Assembly (NCBI GenBank): GCA_951406725.2
Contig: OX597836.1
Span: 13,702,001 to 13,766,000, forward strand
Source: Octopus vulgaris
Lineage: Eukaryota
Direction: 5' to 3'
DNA length: 64,000 nt
Part shown: positions 13,701-24,704 of the stretch, piece by piece
Numbering within the stretch: position 1 is the first letter of the stretch
Layout: each line of letters opens with the position of its first letter
Program-made: the position numbers and the translations under genes
The notes under the pieces: model-generated
Database searches by the model: none
Seen by the model: the letters and a program-made list of their open reading frames with translations, nothing else
Told to the model about the DNA's origin: nothing

Positions 13701-16700
13701 AGTCGACCTCAGCGGAATTTGAACTCAGAACATAATGGCAGACGAAATATGGCTACGCATTTCGCCCAGCGTGCGAACGTTTCTGCCAGCTGCCGTCTTT
13801 AAGCTAAACTGCCTGCTGACAAAAATCTGTCAAATTAGATACTAAATATAGCTTTTTTTTTCCTAAATGCAACAACATGTGTATGATACAATACACATTC
13901 CACACTTCCCAAAACAAATAGTTTGTTTACATACGTTGTTGCATGTTATTTTTTTATTTATTCATTAAAAAATTTTTTTTCCATATTAGATGAGATGCTC
14001 CCCCACTCCAACTTCATAGTAATCCCATTGTCTTCTAGCATGGAGTTGATCCCCTCCTATCCCTGGGTTCATCCTGCAAAAACTGCGTGGCGACCTCAGT
14101 AGTGCAAGTGCCATGAAAACAAGCACCCAGCCCATGGTGTAAAGTGTTTGGTGTTAGGAAAAGCACCCACCCATGGGGACCCTGCCAAAGGAGACATTGC
14201 AGCTCAGTGCTGTCCTTGGACTTAACAGCTCCTGTCAAACCATCCAGTCCATACCAGCATGGAATATGGATGTTAAATGATGTGATGATGATATATCATT
14301 GTTTAATGACCACCTTCCATGCTGGCATGGGTTGGACAGTTTGACAGGAGCCTGCCAGGCTTCTGTGTCTGTTTTGGCATGGTTTTTATGGCTGGATGCC
14401 GTTCCTAATATCGACCACTCCACAGAGTGGACTGAGTGCATTTTATGTGGCACCAGCAGCACAGGCAAGGTCAGTTTTGGCATGGTCTTTTACAGCTGGT
14501 TGCCCTTCCGAATGCCAACCACTCCACAGTGTGGACTGTATGTTTTTTTACTGGGCACCAGCACCGGCAAGGCCATGAAGTAACTTGCTAGACAAGGATC
14601 CTTTGAGAGAGGAGCGGGTATTGGAAGAGGTGATCTTGTGTCAGATGATGAAAATTTATTACACACACACACACAACCTGTTGGACCTTTAGGGCCAAAC
14701 CATTTACTTTTTTACGGTTTGTTCATTGTACTTCCTGTTGGTATCTTCCTTTTTCCAACTTGATCTCTTTTACTTTGGTATTACAGACTCACAAGAATTA
14801 ATCCGTAGACTCCAAAGAGCCATTGAAGTCAATGAACAAGCTGTCACATCAATACGACGAGAACGGTAAGCACCAATAATCGGTCACCTCTTCCTCTCCT
14901 ATTTTTTCTTGTATTTTTTTATCAAGCATATTTTGTCATACCTGTAGGGTAGGTGTGAAAGGCTGAATCTGATTTTAACATAAAACGGGTAAAAAATATT
15001 TTTTGCCAAATATGGCCAGTCAGAATGCTAAATTTCCCTTCTTCCTTTATTCAATCATCTTTTCTATCTACCCTGTTTCCCTTCCAGAGAGCGACGTAAC
15101 GCTGACAAGGAGTTAAGAGAGCAGCAGGACCAAGCTTACTATGCTTCTCTAAAAGCTGATCAGGAAAAGGTAAGACTTTTATTCATCATCATCATCATCG
15201 TTTAGCGTTCGCTTTCCATGCTAGCATGGGTTGGACGGTGCAACTGGGGTCTGGGAAGCAAGAAGGCTGCACCAGACCCAGTCTGATCTGGCAATATTTC
15301 TACGGCTGGATGCCCTTCCTAACGCCAACCACTCCATGAATGTAGTGGGTACTTTTGACGTGCTACCGGCACAGGTGCCAGGGGAGGCTGGCAAACGGCC
15401 AGGCGACGCTGGCAAACGGCCACGATCGGATGGTGCTTTTTACGTGCCACTGGCACAGGTGCCAGGCGAGGCTGGCAAACGGCCACGATCGGATGGTGCT
15501 TTTTACATGCTACCGGCACAGGGGCCAGGCGAGGCTGGCAAGCAGCCACGATCGGATGGTGCTTTTTACTTGCCACTGGCACGGGGGCCAGGCGAGGCTG
15601 GCAAACGACCACGATCGGATGGTGCTTTTTACTTGCTACCGGCACGGGGGCCAGGCGAGGCTGGCAAACGGCCACGATCGGATGGTGCTTTTTACGTGCC
15701 ACTGGCACGGGGGCCAGGCGAGCATTGTTTTAACATCCACTTTTCTTGAGATAAACTGTAGCATGTTGATAGTGGTCATAACCGAAACATATTAAGTTTC
15801 CAGTACATTCCATCTTTTGCCTCTATCGTTTCTGCTATACTCAACATACATTGTGGAATCCCTAATGTTGTAGATCCAGCGATGATTGTGCATTTACCAT
15901 GGCTGATGCCAGGTAGCCAGCGAATGTGCTTTATATGTATACAACTTGTGAGTTTTAATTTTGACTTTTATATATATATATATATATATATATCTTTTTC
16001 ATTGGTATTTTTTGGTCGTGTACAGGATAGAAAAAAGCAGGAAGCACAAAGAATTATTGAAGAACAGGAGCTGGAGAAACGTGAGCAGGCTGCTGCATCT
16101 AACCGCCTGTTGATGGTAAGTCATCTGCCTTTCCCCTATTCTCACACATCTGGCAAGGGTTTCTTCTTATTATTATTATTATCATTATTAGTATGGTGGA
16201 CCCGTTTGAAAGGGCTAAGGTCAGACACTTTCCTCTTTGGCCCAGGCCTCATCAACTTTTTCAAGTTTCACTTGAAAAGGAAGGTGAGAGTAGAGAGGGA
16301 AGTGCTGTCCGATAGCAAGTTTAATGAAAGGTGGATAAATGTCACAAGTATGGCTAGTATGAAGGAAGCCATTCTGAGGTTACACCTGTGATTTAAAAAG
16401 GTAATATAAAAGGAGAAAGGGGCTCTCTAACCCCCTTTTTTTGACCAGGCTCCCGTTGGCTTCTATGGGTTTTTTCCACCAGGAACCTTTCGTAACGCCT
16501 CCCCCTTTTAGGGAGATTTTCATTGTTAAACTGTTTTTACTCGGATTTTCACAAACGGACAAAACCCTTTGTAACCTTTCGTCCTGTTTTGTGCCTTTAT
16601 GTGATAATTGATTTTTGTCAGCCCTTGTGGCCAATAAAAGAATTAATTATTATTATCATTATTATTATTATTATTATTATTAAAGGCACCAAACTGGTAG

Positions 16701-18781
16701 AATTGTTAACATGCCAGGCAAAATGCTTAGCAGCGTTTCACCCCTTTTTACATTCGCCAAGGTTAGTTTTTACCTGTCATCCTTTCAAAGTCAATGAAAT
16801 ATCTATTTTAACTTTGACAGGAACTTGAAAAGGAGAAGGATGAAGCCAGAGTTTTAATTCCACCCGAACCACCAGCCAATGCTGAAGATACTGTGAGGAT
16901 AATACTAACAGTGCCAAGTGGTGCTCACCTGGAGAGACGGTTTAACAAACATACATCTTTAAAAGTAAGCTTATATTTATCACCTTCGTTGATCACTAAC
17001 TACCTTAACCATCTTTATAAATATCTCTCTTAATTCAATTTAATCTTTCGATTTTATCGCAATCTCTGTTTTTGTATTGTGCAGGGTATGTAGGAATAGG
17101 GGGGGATAGTTTTTTTTTATATATATATATATATTTTCTTTATTCAAAAAATAATTTTTTTTGGTCAAACTAGGCATAAAGCATCTTCAGGTACATTGGT
17201 GACGAGACCTTTTGGTATTGTGTGTGATTCTGGGAGGGAGACCCCCTTTATGAATGACCATGGGATTGCACCTAGAAAGTTACCCTCTGAGGCAAAAGTC
17301 CAAGCAAGGTTGTTTATGGAAGACCAGCAGTCACCCATATATACCTTCTTTCCCTCTCCACATTACCGATGTTATCCAAGGGAAAGACAAAGGCCAAGAC
17401 AGATTGGCACCTGTGACGTTGCCACTCATTTCTACAGTTGAGTGAATTAGAGCAATGTGAAATAAAGTGTCTTGCTCAAGAACACAACATGCAATCTGGT
17501 TTAGGAATTGAACTCACTACCTCGTGATTATGAGCCCAACTGTCTAACCACTTAGCCATGCGCCTTCACTTCTGTAGTCCTATAATTATTATTATTAAGG
17601 TGGCAAACTGACAGTTACTAGAATATTAGACAAAATTCCTTGTGGTATTTGCTCTGGCTCTTTATGTTCTGAGTTCAAATCTCACTGAAGTCAACTTGGC
17701 CTTTCTTCCTTTCAGGGTCAGTAAAATAAGAACCAATAAAACACTGGGGTCGATACAATCGACTAGTCCCCACCCCACAAATTTGAGGCCTTATGCTTCC
17801 AGTAGAAAGGATGATTATTATTATTATTAAGGCAGTGAGCTGGCAGAATCATTTGTAAACCAGAAAAAATTGGTCGGCAACATTTCTTCCATCTTTAAAT
17901 CTTGAGTTCAAATTCCACCAAGGTCGATTTTTGCTTTTTATTCTTTAGGGGTTGGTAAAATAAGTACCAGTTGAGGACTTGGGGGTGGGGGGTCAATCTA
18001 ATCAAGTAGCCCTCTCCCCTAAAATTTCAGACATGCTTCACGGCATTTCTTGTTTTGCATTCTGAATTCAACATCAATATCAAAAAATCAAATGGAAATT
18101 GTAGTTGTGATACCTGTGCCGGTGGCACGTAAAAAGCACCACCCATATGTGGCCGATGCCATGACTGGCTTCCATGTCGGTGGCACATAAAAAGCAACAA
18201 CCGATCGTGGCCGTTGCCAGCCTCCCCTGGCACCTGTGCTGGTGTCACGTAAAAAGCACCCACTACACTCACGGAGTGGTTGGCGTTAGGAAGGGCATCC
18301 AGCTGTAGAAACACTGCCAGATCAAACTGGAGCCTGGTGCAGCCTCCTGGCTTCCCAGACCCCAGTCGAACCATCCAACCCATGCTAGCATGGAAAACGG
18401 ACATTAAACGATGATGAATTTAAGTGCTGCCAAGGTCGACTTTGCCTTCCATCATCTTGGGGTTGATAAAAATAAATATGGATTGAACTCTAGGGGTTAA
18501 TGTCATCAACTTGTGGTCCCCCCCTTCCCCCGCTACCTTCCCTAAAATTGTTGATCTTGTATCAAAATTTGAAACCGTGATTATTTATTTGCTTGTTTCA
18601 GTATTTATATTACTTCATCCTGTGTCACGAAAGCTGTCCAGATGACTTCAAGGTATTGATGAATTTCCCAAAGGGTGAGATATGCTGCATTCCGACAAAG
18701 GATGGACCCGATCCTCCGACATTTTCCGAGGTTGGCCTGGACAAGTCTGTGCGTCTCTTCGTCCACGACAACCAAGCTTAG
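4525..18781 (+). CDS. FAF2: FAS-associated factor 2 / UBXD8 (UBA-hairpin-UAS-coiled coil-UBX), 13 exons, 5'-partial
   Basis: Exons 4525-4593, 5573-5694, 7111-7226, 8483-8512, 10216-10316, 11511-11596, 12071-12162, 13128-13229, 14787-14865, 15088-15169, 16026-16115, 16821-16964, 18602-18781 join in frame (1293 nt, 430 aa plus TAA). Motifs QWNIE-SAV, MLPFRY, PDPR-VTDPVGD, HPVFYQGSYSQAINDAKRELRFLLVYLH, LFWAC, QQDQAYYASLKADQEK, ERRF, NFPK, LFVHD match human FAF2 as I recall it. About 20 N-terminal aa are missing. Confidence 0.95.
5573..5694 (+). CDS. FAF2: FAF2 exon
   Basis: ttccag|SAVTDTLNERD...TPRDQ|gtgagt. Confidence 0.9.
7111..7226 (+). CDS. FAF2: FAF2 exon (membrane hairpin)
   Basis: ttccag|VYVTTSSGPQGVVQWISYAFMLPFRYFFTTVFNILKFA|gtaagt. 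Confidence 0.92.
8483..8512 (+). CDS. FAF2: FAF2 30-nt micro-exon
   Basis: ttccag|(Y)RLFWPDPRQ|gtaagt; phase 1-1; corresponds to human RFIRPDPR. Confidence 0.88.
8753..8967. mobile_element. piggyBac-type MITE
   Basis: TTAA|CCCTTTCGTTAC ... GTAACGAAAGGG|TTAA: perfect 12-bp terminal inverted repeats and TTAA target-site duplication. Confidence 0.85.
9214..9680 (-). mobile_element. RTE (BovB-like) LINE C-terminal remnant
   Basis: LRWAEHVVRMSDERIPQVLVYSQLDSGHRNVGRPWLRYKDKLK, then a duplicated CGLLCKLLAG zinc-knuckle-like motif. Confidence 0.8.
10216..10316 (+). CDS. FAF2: FAF2 exon (start of UAS domain)
   Basis: tttgag|(N)VTDPVGDVMAFINKFKDDFGNTHPVFYQGSYSQ|gtgagt. Confidence 0.9.
11065..11400 (+). 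mobile_element. CR1-type LINE 3' end
   Basis: TRGHAYKV...LRVAEAWNKLPASVV...SFK followed by an ATT-rich tail; the same tail is on the - strand at 59830-59990. Confidence 0.7.
11511..11596 (+). CDS. FAF2: FAF2 exon (UAS domain)
   Basis: tttcag|AINDAKRELRFLLVYLHDDSLRNSMVFC|gtaaat. Confidence 0.93.
11668..11887. mobile_element. piggyBac-type MITE (family 2)
   Basis: TTAA|CCCTTTAGCATTCA ... TGAACACTAAAGGG|TTAA. Confidence 0.8.
12071..12162 (+). CDS. FAF2: FAF2 exon (UAS domain)
   Basis: tttcag|ETLCNPNVVNFINSKVLFWACNVSSPEGYR|gtaaga. Confidence 0.93.
12242..12640 (-). mobile_element. tRNA-derived SINE (family A, internal TA/TG microsatellite, GTAAAAGA tail)
   Basis: Head ggcgcaggagtggctgtgtggtaag...ggttcagtccc; many near-identical copies in the window. 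Confidence 0.85.
13128..13229 (+). CDS. FAF2: FAF2 exon (UAS domain)
   Basis: tttcag|SRTIRVIKYPFLSLIVLRENNSMTVVARIEGLV|gtaagt. Confidence 0.93.
13565..13797 (-). mobile_element. tRNA-derived SINE (family B)
   Basis: Core gaggtcgactttgcctttcatcctttcggggtcgataaattaagtaccag; other copies at 946-1083 (-), 25651-26360 (tandem), 51485-51670, 53189-53412, 56010-56190, 58388-58620 (-). Confidence 0.8.
14787..14865 (+). CDS. FAF2: FAF2 exon
   Basis: ttacag|SQELIRRLQRAIEVNEQAVTSIRRE|gtaagc. Confidence 0.88.
15088..15169 (+). CDS. FAF2: FAF2 exon (coiled coil)
   Basis: ttccag|ERRNADKELREQQDQAYYASLKADQEK|gtaaga. Confidence 0.93.
15184..15722 (-). mobile_element. RTE-tail-like retroelement (family C) with an internal 63-bp minisatellite of about 5 copies
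   Basis: (GAT)n tail and ggatgcccttcctaacgccaacc motif; the 63-bp unit gives the 21-aa repeat GEAGKRPRSDGAFYVPLAQVP; other copies at 178-640, 18100-18415, 26455-26885, 40170-40425, 43037-43360, 46340-46720, 50681-51030, 53905-54390. Confidence 0.78.
16026..16115 (+). CDS. FAF2: FAF2 exon (coiled coil)
   Basis: gtacag|DRKKQEAQRIIEEQELEKREQAAASNRLLM|gtaagt. Confidence 0.9.
16190..16680 (+). mobile_element. LINE 3' end (L1/Tx1-like); second copy at 44770-45245
   Basis: VWWTRLKG...FFKFHLKRKVRVEREVLS...FNERW, followed by a T-rich UTR and an AATAAA/(ATT)n tail. Confidence 0.55.
16821..16964 (+). CDS. FAF2: FAF2 exon (N-terminal half of UBX domain)
   Basis: tgacag|ELEKEKDEARVLIPPEPPANAEDTVRIILTVPSGAHLERRFNKHTSLK|gtaagc. 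Confidence 0.93.
17195..17570 (-). mobile_element. tRNA-derived SINE (family E)
   Basis: tRNA-like head at the right end; copies at about 7800-8125 and 60220-60540. Confidence 0.7.
18602..18781 (+). CDS. FAF2: FAF2 terminal exon (C-terminal half of UBX domain, stop)
   Basis: tttcag|YLYYFILCHESCPDDFKVLMNFPKGEICCIPTKDGPDPPTFSEVGLDKSVRLFVHDNQA*. Confidence 0.93.
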   Translation, partial: YLYYFILCHESCPDDFKVLMNFPKGEICCIPTKDGPDPPTFSEVGLDKSVRLFVHDNQA

Positions 18782-19689
18782 AGAGAGCGAGAGAGAGAGA
18801 ATGACAGACAGAAAGAAAGGAAGGAAGGAAGGAAAACCAAGGACTAAGACAAATCAGTTATTAAAAAAAAAAAAAAAACAATTTTAAAAAAGGGGAAAAA
18901 CAAAATTACTAAAAAAAAAAACAGACAACAAACCAAAAAGAAAAAGAACCCATTCTGAGAAACAAAAAAGTATTGAAGTGGATGAGGAAGAAGGGGTGGC
19001 AGTGGTGGTGAAGGGTGTTGTTCTTGGTGTTTAGCCCTAGGTTTAGCAGCCTGTTTTGAGTTGAGCTGAGCTAATCAAATACATTCTCGCCTATGACCAT
19101 CACCATGGTTTTTGTTTTGGTCATTGTGTATCTAAGACTACAATGTCAAATGTGCCCTTTATTTTATATTTATTTTTAACACAATCGGGAAGTAGCGTCA
19201 GAGGGTGTTGGCTGTTATTTCTAGCAATTTGTGCAATCATATAGTGGCTTTCTTCTCTTGGTGGTGGCCACAGCGCAAGACTGTCTCATTTGTAGACAGT
19301 GATACGAGTTTCGTACTTCGTCATCAACACCACTACTTACTACTACTATTACTACTACTACTACTACTACTACTGGCAACTCAACAACAAAATACCTCTT
19401 CTTACTAAGGGAGACTCTACATGGTGTCTTAACCTGCTAGAAATAACAGCCAAATCTTCAGAATCATAAAACAGTGCAGAGAGAGAGCTATCTACATGTT
19501 ATTCAGTATATGAAACAAAACTAAAAGTTAGGCTGTCTGACTGGCTGGCCATGGCTGGAATACCTCCCATCATAGGTTTACTAGATTAGGGCTCACGTGG
19601 GGCTAAACACTTAATAACAACAACCACAACAACTACTATTATTGCTGCTGTTTGCATCTCTTTGCTTACACATTAAAAGCTCTATATCT

Positions 19690-20160
19690 CTCTCATTCTC
19701 TCTATTTATTGATCCCTTTGATATCTCTTTCATTCTCTATCGATATCGCTTTCATTCTCTTTCGATATCTCTTTCATTCTCTCTATCACTATCTCTTTCA
19801 TTCTCTCTATCACTATCTCTTTCATTCTCTCTATCACTATCTCTTTCATTCTCTCTATACATACCTCTTTCATTCTCTATATCTATAGATATCTCTTTCA
19901 TTCTCTCTATCTATCCATATCTCTTTCATTCTCTCTATCTATCCATATCTCTTTCATTCTCTCTATCTATCCATATCTCTTTCATTCTCTCTATCTATCC
20001 ATATCTCTTTCATTCTCTCTATCTATCCATATCTCTTTCATTCTCTCTATCTATCCATATCTCTTTCATTCTCTCTATCTATCCATATCTCTTTCATTCT
20101 CTCTATCTATCCATATCTCTTTCATTCTCTCTATCTATCCATATCTCTTTCATTCTCTTT
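19690..20160. repeat. Minisatellite of 24-bp units followed by 28-bp units
   Basis: (atatctctttcattctctctatctatcc)n, homogeneous. Confidence 0.9.
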
Positions 20161-20456
20161 TGCCTGCAGTTTTACTCTCACCCCCTTCTCCTCGTCCTGC
20201 AACTTATAATCTATCTTCTTCTCCACCCTGTCTCTACCACCACCATCCACATCAACCCTTCCACCCCTCTGTTTTTTCTTTTTTTTTCTCACCCACCCTG
20301 CCAGCCACTTACTCATTCCACAGCTTGTGCCACTTACACACACACACAGACGGACAGAAACCTATCTATATCCACACTCTCAGCCTAAAAATGTTTATAT
20401 GAATACACATATATATATATATATATATATTTATTTATATATATATATATATATAC

Positions 20457-20487
<31 letters not shown>

Positions 20488-20488
20488 C

Positions 20489-20568
<80 letters not shown>

Positions 20569-20891
20569 CACAACTAACTGGACATATCGAAAAACTGGGA
20601 GACACACACACACTGACATACATGGGGATTCACATACAGACATATTTCTAAAAACAACAAACTGTACTTGACAACAAAACCACCAGTGTAAAAACAATAG
20701 CAAAAAAAAAAAATAACAAAGCAAAAAGAAACATTAATAATAATAAATAATTAATTAATTAATAATAATTGACAAGACTTGGATTACATCCAAAACTGAA
20801 GAAAAAAGAAGAAAAAAAAATTCTGGTCAAAAAATGTATAAATAAATAAAAAAAAAATATCTATGGAAGAAGAAACGTTTTTTTTTAGGTT

Positions 20892-21228
20892 TTTATCCCT
20901 TATGCCATGGATAAAGAGCTTTTATTTTATTTTATTTTATTTTATTTTGATAGTTTTTTTTTAATTTAAAAATTTTAGGTCTATCCCTTACATCATGGAT
21001 AAATGAGGTGTATTTTATTGTTTTTCGTTTTTGTTGTTTTTTTGTAAGGTCTGAATTATATCCCTTGTGTCATGGATAAAGGGATGCTATATTTTTTTTT
21101 TTATTTTTAAGACTTTAGATTTGTCCCTTATCTCAAGGATAAATGGGTTTATTTTAGTGCTTGTGTATTTTTGTCTTTGTTTTTGTTTTTGTTTTACATT
21201 CAGATTTATCCTTTATGTTATGGATAAA
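20892..21228. repeat. Array of five 24-nt hairpin motifs with T-rich spacers
   Basis: TTTATCC-N10-GGATAAA (left arm imperfect in three copies) at 20892, 20980, 21057, 21120, 21205. Confidence 0.75.
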
Positions 21229-21960
21229 CGGAATTTCTATTTTCATTTAGTAATTCTTTTAATGTTGTAGATTAACTGTTTTGTCATAGATATTTCTTTT
21301 TTTTTTCAATATTTGGATAAATTTTAAATTATATTTTCAGGTTTTCCTTTGTCTTCTGTTCATTTACAGCTAGGTCCTAATCACCAGACACCCACCCCTA
21401 TTTCAACTGCTAATTATACATCCATGAATAGAGCAAGCTGTCAACCAGACACACTGAACCAAATAGTGTATGATATAGCCACGGGCAAAGCAAAACAGAC
21501 ATCTGAATATAAAATAGTATTGTGTGTGTCTGTGTGTGGTATAGCATCACATGATTGTGGTGCAGAAGTTTGTTTCACAGTCACAAGACTCTCGTTTAGT
21601 TACACTGCTTCCCTAAGATTGCCACCACCTCCACAAGACTCCGCCGCCACCACCACCTCCACAAGACTCCACCACCACCCCCACAAGACTCTGCCACCAC
21701 CTCCACAAGACTCTAACACCACCACCACTGCAACTGTTGCCCACTACTACCTACACTACAACGTCCTGGGACTATCACCACTCCAATTACTACTACTACT
21801 GCCACCAACACTGCAATTATTGGCCACCGCTAGCATTACTACAGCCACCACCTAACACTAACATCACTTTCAAAACTACTCTGTTGAAATTACTTCATCT
21901 TCCACCTGAAAAGGAAAACAGGGCTGGAAAGGAAATGCCAGACTGAGAAAGTGGTCGAAA

Positions 21961-22660
21961 AACGATGGAAGTATGTAGCACAGATGTTGCATATGAATGG
22001 TACCACATAAATGTGGGACAGGATGAAACCAAGGTATCAGTGGCGAGACGGGGCTCATGGGGTCCGAGCTAAACACCCCCCATCCCTGCCACTCCATCCA
22101 TAATGTCTTCAGGTCTGTCCTGTCATCCGATTTTTTGATTTTATTGTACTAAAATTTTTAAAATTCATCATATATGTAAAATCATCCGCTAATCTGACCC
22201 CAAAATCAGATTGTATTGTCCCCTCTTTGGTCAACAGAAACAGTAGAAGCCCCTTGGGATGGGCTGTATCTTCAGTTAGAAGGCTCCAACAATGGAAGTA
22301 TGTAGCACAGATGTTGCGTATGAATGGTACCACATAAATGTGGGTCAGGATGAAACCAAGGTATCAGTGGCGAGGCGGGGCTCGTGGGGTCCGAGCTAAA
22401 CACCTCCCATCCCTGCCACTCCATCTGTAATGTCTTCAGGTCTGTCCTATCATCCGATTTTTTTCGATTTTATTGTACTAAAATTTTTATATCATATATG
22501 TAAAATCATCCGCTAATCTGACCCCAAAATCAGATTGTGTTGTTCGTCCCTTGTGGGTAATAAAAAATCAACCGTAGATATTCTGTTGATCCTAGAATTG
22601 GGTCAACAGAAACAGTAGAAGCCCCTTGGGATGGGCTGTATTTTCAGTTAGAAGGCCCCA
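21961..22660. repeat. Tandem duplication of a unique segment of about 330 bp
   Basis: 21961-22287 is nearly identical to 22288-22660; the second copy has about 55 extra nt. Confidence 0.9.
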
Positions 22661-23089
22661 AACTTTGTTGCTCACTGTATTTGGATTGTATTGACCTTTT
22701 TGATGTCAACCCTCCTGGCACTGCCTCTGGGTCATCATAATCATAATCAGCATCCTTTAATGTCCGTTTTCCATGCTGGCATGAGTTGGACGGTTTGACC
22801 AGAGCCAGCAAGCTGGAGAGCTGCACTAGCTTCCAGTCTGATATGACTTGGTTTCTATGCCTAGACGCCCTTCCTTAATACCAACCACTCTACAGTCTGT
22901 GCTGGGTGCTTTACTCATGCTACCAACACGCACTTTTACATGATGCCTGTACAAGAGCTATTATGCAATGCCAGCACAGGTGCTCTTTGCATGGCACCAG
23001 CACAGGGCTCTGACAGGCTAGTCCTCTTCAGCAGGGGGAGCAGCATGAAGACTTCTGCTATGGAAGACAGTCTCCATGATACAAAATTC

Positions 23090-23790
23090 CTCTTTTACTT
23101 GTTTGTCATTTGACTGCTTCCATACTGGAGCACTGCCTCTAGTCAAACGAATTGACCTCAGGACTTATTCTTTGTAAGCCAAGTACTAATTCTCTTAGTC
23201 ACTTTTGCTGAACTGCTAAGTTATGAGCATGTAAATACACTGACATCAGTTGTCAAGGGGGGGGGCGACAAGCACAAACACTCTTTGGGCTTCTTTCAGT
23301 TTCCATCAACCAAATTTACTAACAAGGCATTGGTGGGCCCAAGGCTAGAGGAGAAGACACCTGCCCAAGGTGCCACACAGTGGGACTGAACCCGGAACCA
23401 TGTGGTTGGGAAGCAAACTTCTTACCTCAGAGCCATGCTTGCGCCTATATAAGTAGCTTGCTTACCAACCACATGGTTCCAGGTTCAGTCCCACTGCGTG
23501 GCACCTTGAGCAAGTGTCTTCTACTATAGCCTCAGGCTGACCAAAGTCTTGTGAGTGGATTTGGTAGATGGAAACTGAAAGAAGCATGTCGTATATGTGT
23601 GTGTGTGTTTGTGTTTGTCCCCCCCAACATCGCTTGACAACCGATGCTGGTTTGTTTATGTCCCCGTAACTTAGCAATTCAGCACAAGCGACCGATAGAA
23701 TTAGTACTAGGCTTACAAAGAATAAGTCCTGGGGTTGATTTGCTCAACTAAAGGCGGTGCTCCAGCATGGCCGCAGGCAAATAAAAGAAT
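23090..23790. mobile_element. Head-to-head pair of family A SINEs
   Basis: The - copy at about 23090-23445 abuts the + copy at about 23451-23790. Confidence 0.75.
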
Positions 23791-24411
23791 GTGAATATGA
23801 ACAAATCTAGAAGTTGATTCATAAATTATCTAATTACATTCTATTGAAGATAATGACCAAATTATACAATCCAACTTAGATAAGTGTCCTAGTTCTTGAC
23901 CTCGTCAGACGCACACACATACGCATGCATAATACAGGGTAACTTAAAATGAACGGCCCACTGTTACAGGTGCATTTACCTCGATGTGCTGTTCATTTGG
24001 TCAGAAGAAGACATACCTGACTTCACTATACAGCAAGGCAAGGACCATGTATAGATGCATACATGGTTACTCCCAATCAGTATCTTCCAGAACACTGGGC
24101 GTTGTGTGTGTTTATTGAGTGAAAACACCTAAAGCTCCACGAGGCTCTGGCAGGGGGTGGTGGCGTCCCCTGTTGTACTCTTTCGCCCCAACTTTCTCTC
24201 ACTCTTTCTTCCTGTTTCTTGTCCCTGATGCGCATTCATCCATCCGTCGATGCTCTCGGTGTCAGGGGGTTGACCTGATTTCTCTTCTGCGGGTCTTACG
24301 AATAGCAAATGACCACGTTTCGGACTTCTCCCACTACAGACAATCCTGAGGCTCGATCTTGCGAGCTCTGGGATGAAGACTGCTTCGTTCAACAGACAAA
24401 CAAACAAACAC

Positions 24412-24650
24412 CAGGTTTTCTGATCTTACACCTTGCAACTTTTCTTTTTGTGGGTATCTGAAACACCAGGTGTTCATACCCTCACTTCCACAGAACTTAA
24501 AAGTTAAAGTAGGTGAGATAGTTGATTCAGCTGATCAGGCTAGGCTGGCATAGGTGTGGTAAGAACAACCCTATCATGTAGACATCTGCTGTGTGGTGAA
24601 GGGTGCCTGCATTGAACATCTGTGACTGTCAGTAAAAACTTGAAGAGTTA
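24412..24650 (+). mobile_element. Tc1/mariner-superfamily transposase remnant
   Basis: RFSDLTPCNFSFCGYLKHQVF resembles the RSPDLTPCDFFLWGYLK motif. Confidence 0.65.
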
Positions 24651-24704
24651 ACCTTTTGTGTTACATCTGTATTTTAGCAATATATGCATTACAACACTCG
24701 CATA

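Noticed and set aside
19642-20388. 248-aa hydrophobic ORF
   Set aside because: Translation of the 24/28-bp minisatellite.
20892-21228. CRISPR array
   Set aside because: Eukaryotic context, degenerate repeats, low-complexity spacers of uneven length and no cas genes; kept only as a hairpin array.
24226-24410. Possible ribozyme (GTCCGAAACGTG on the - strand)
   Set aside because: No upstream CTGANGA box or matching stems; treated as a SINE/LINE tail.
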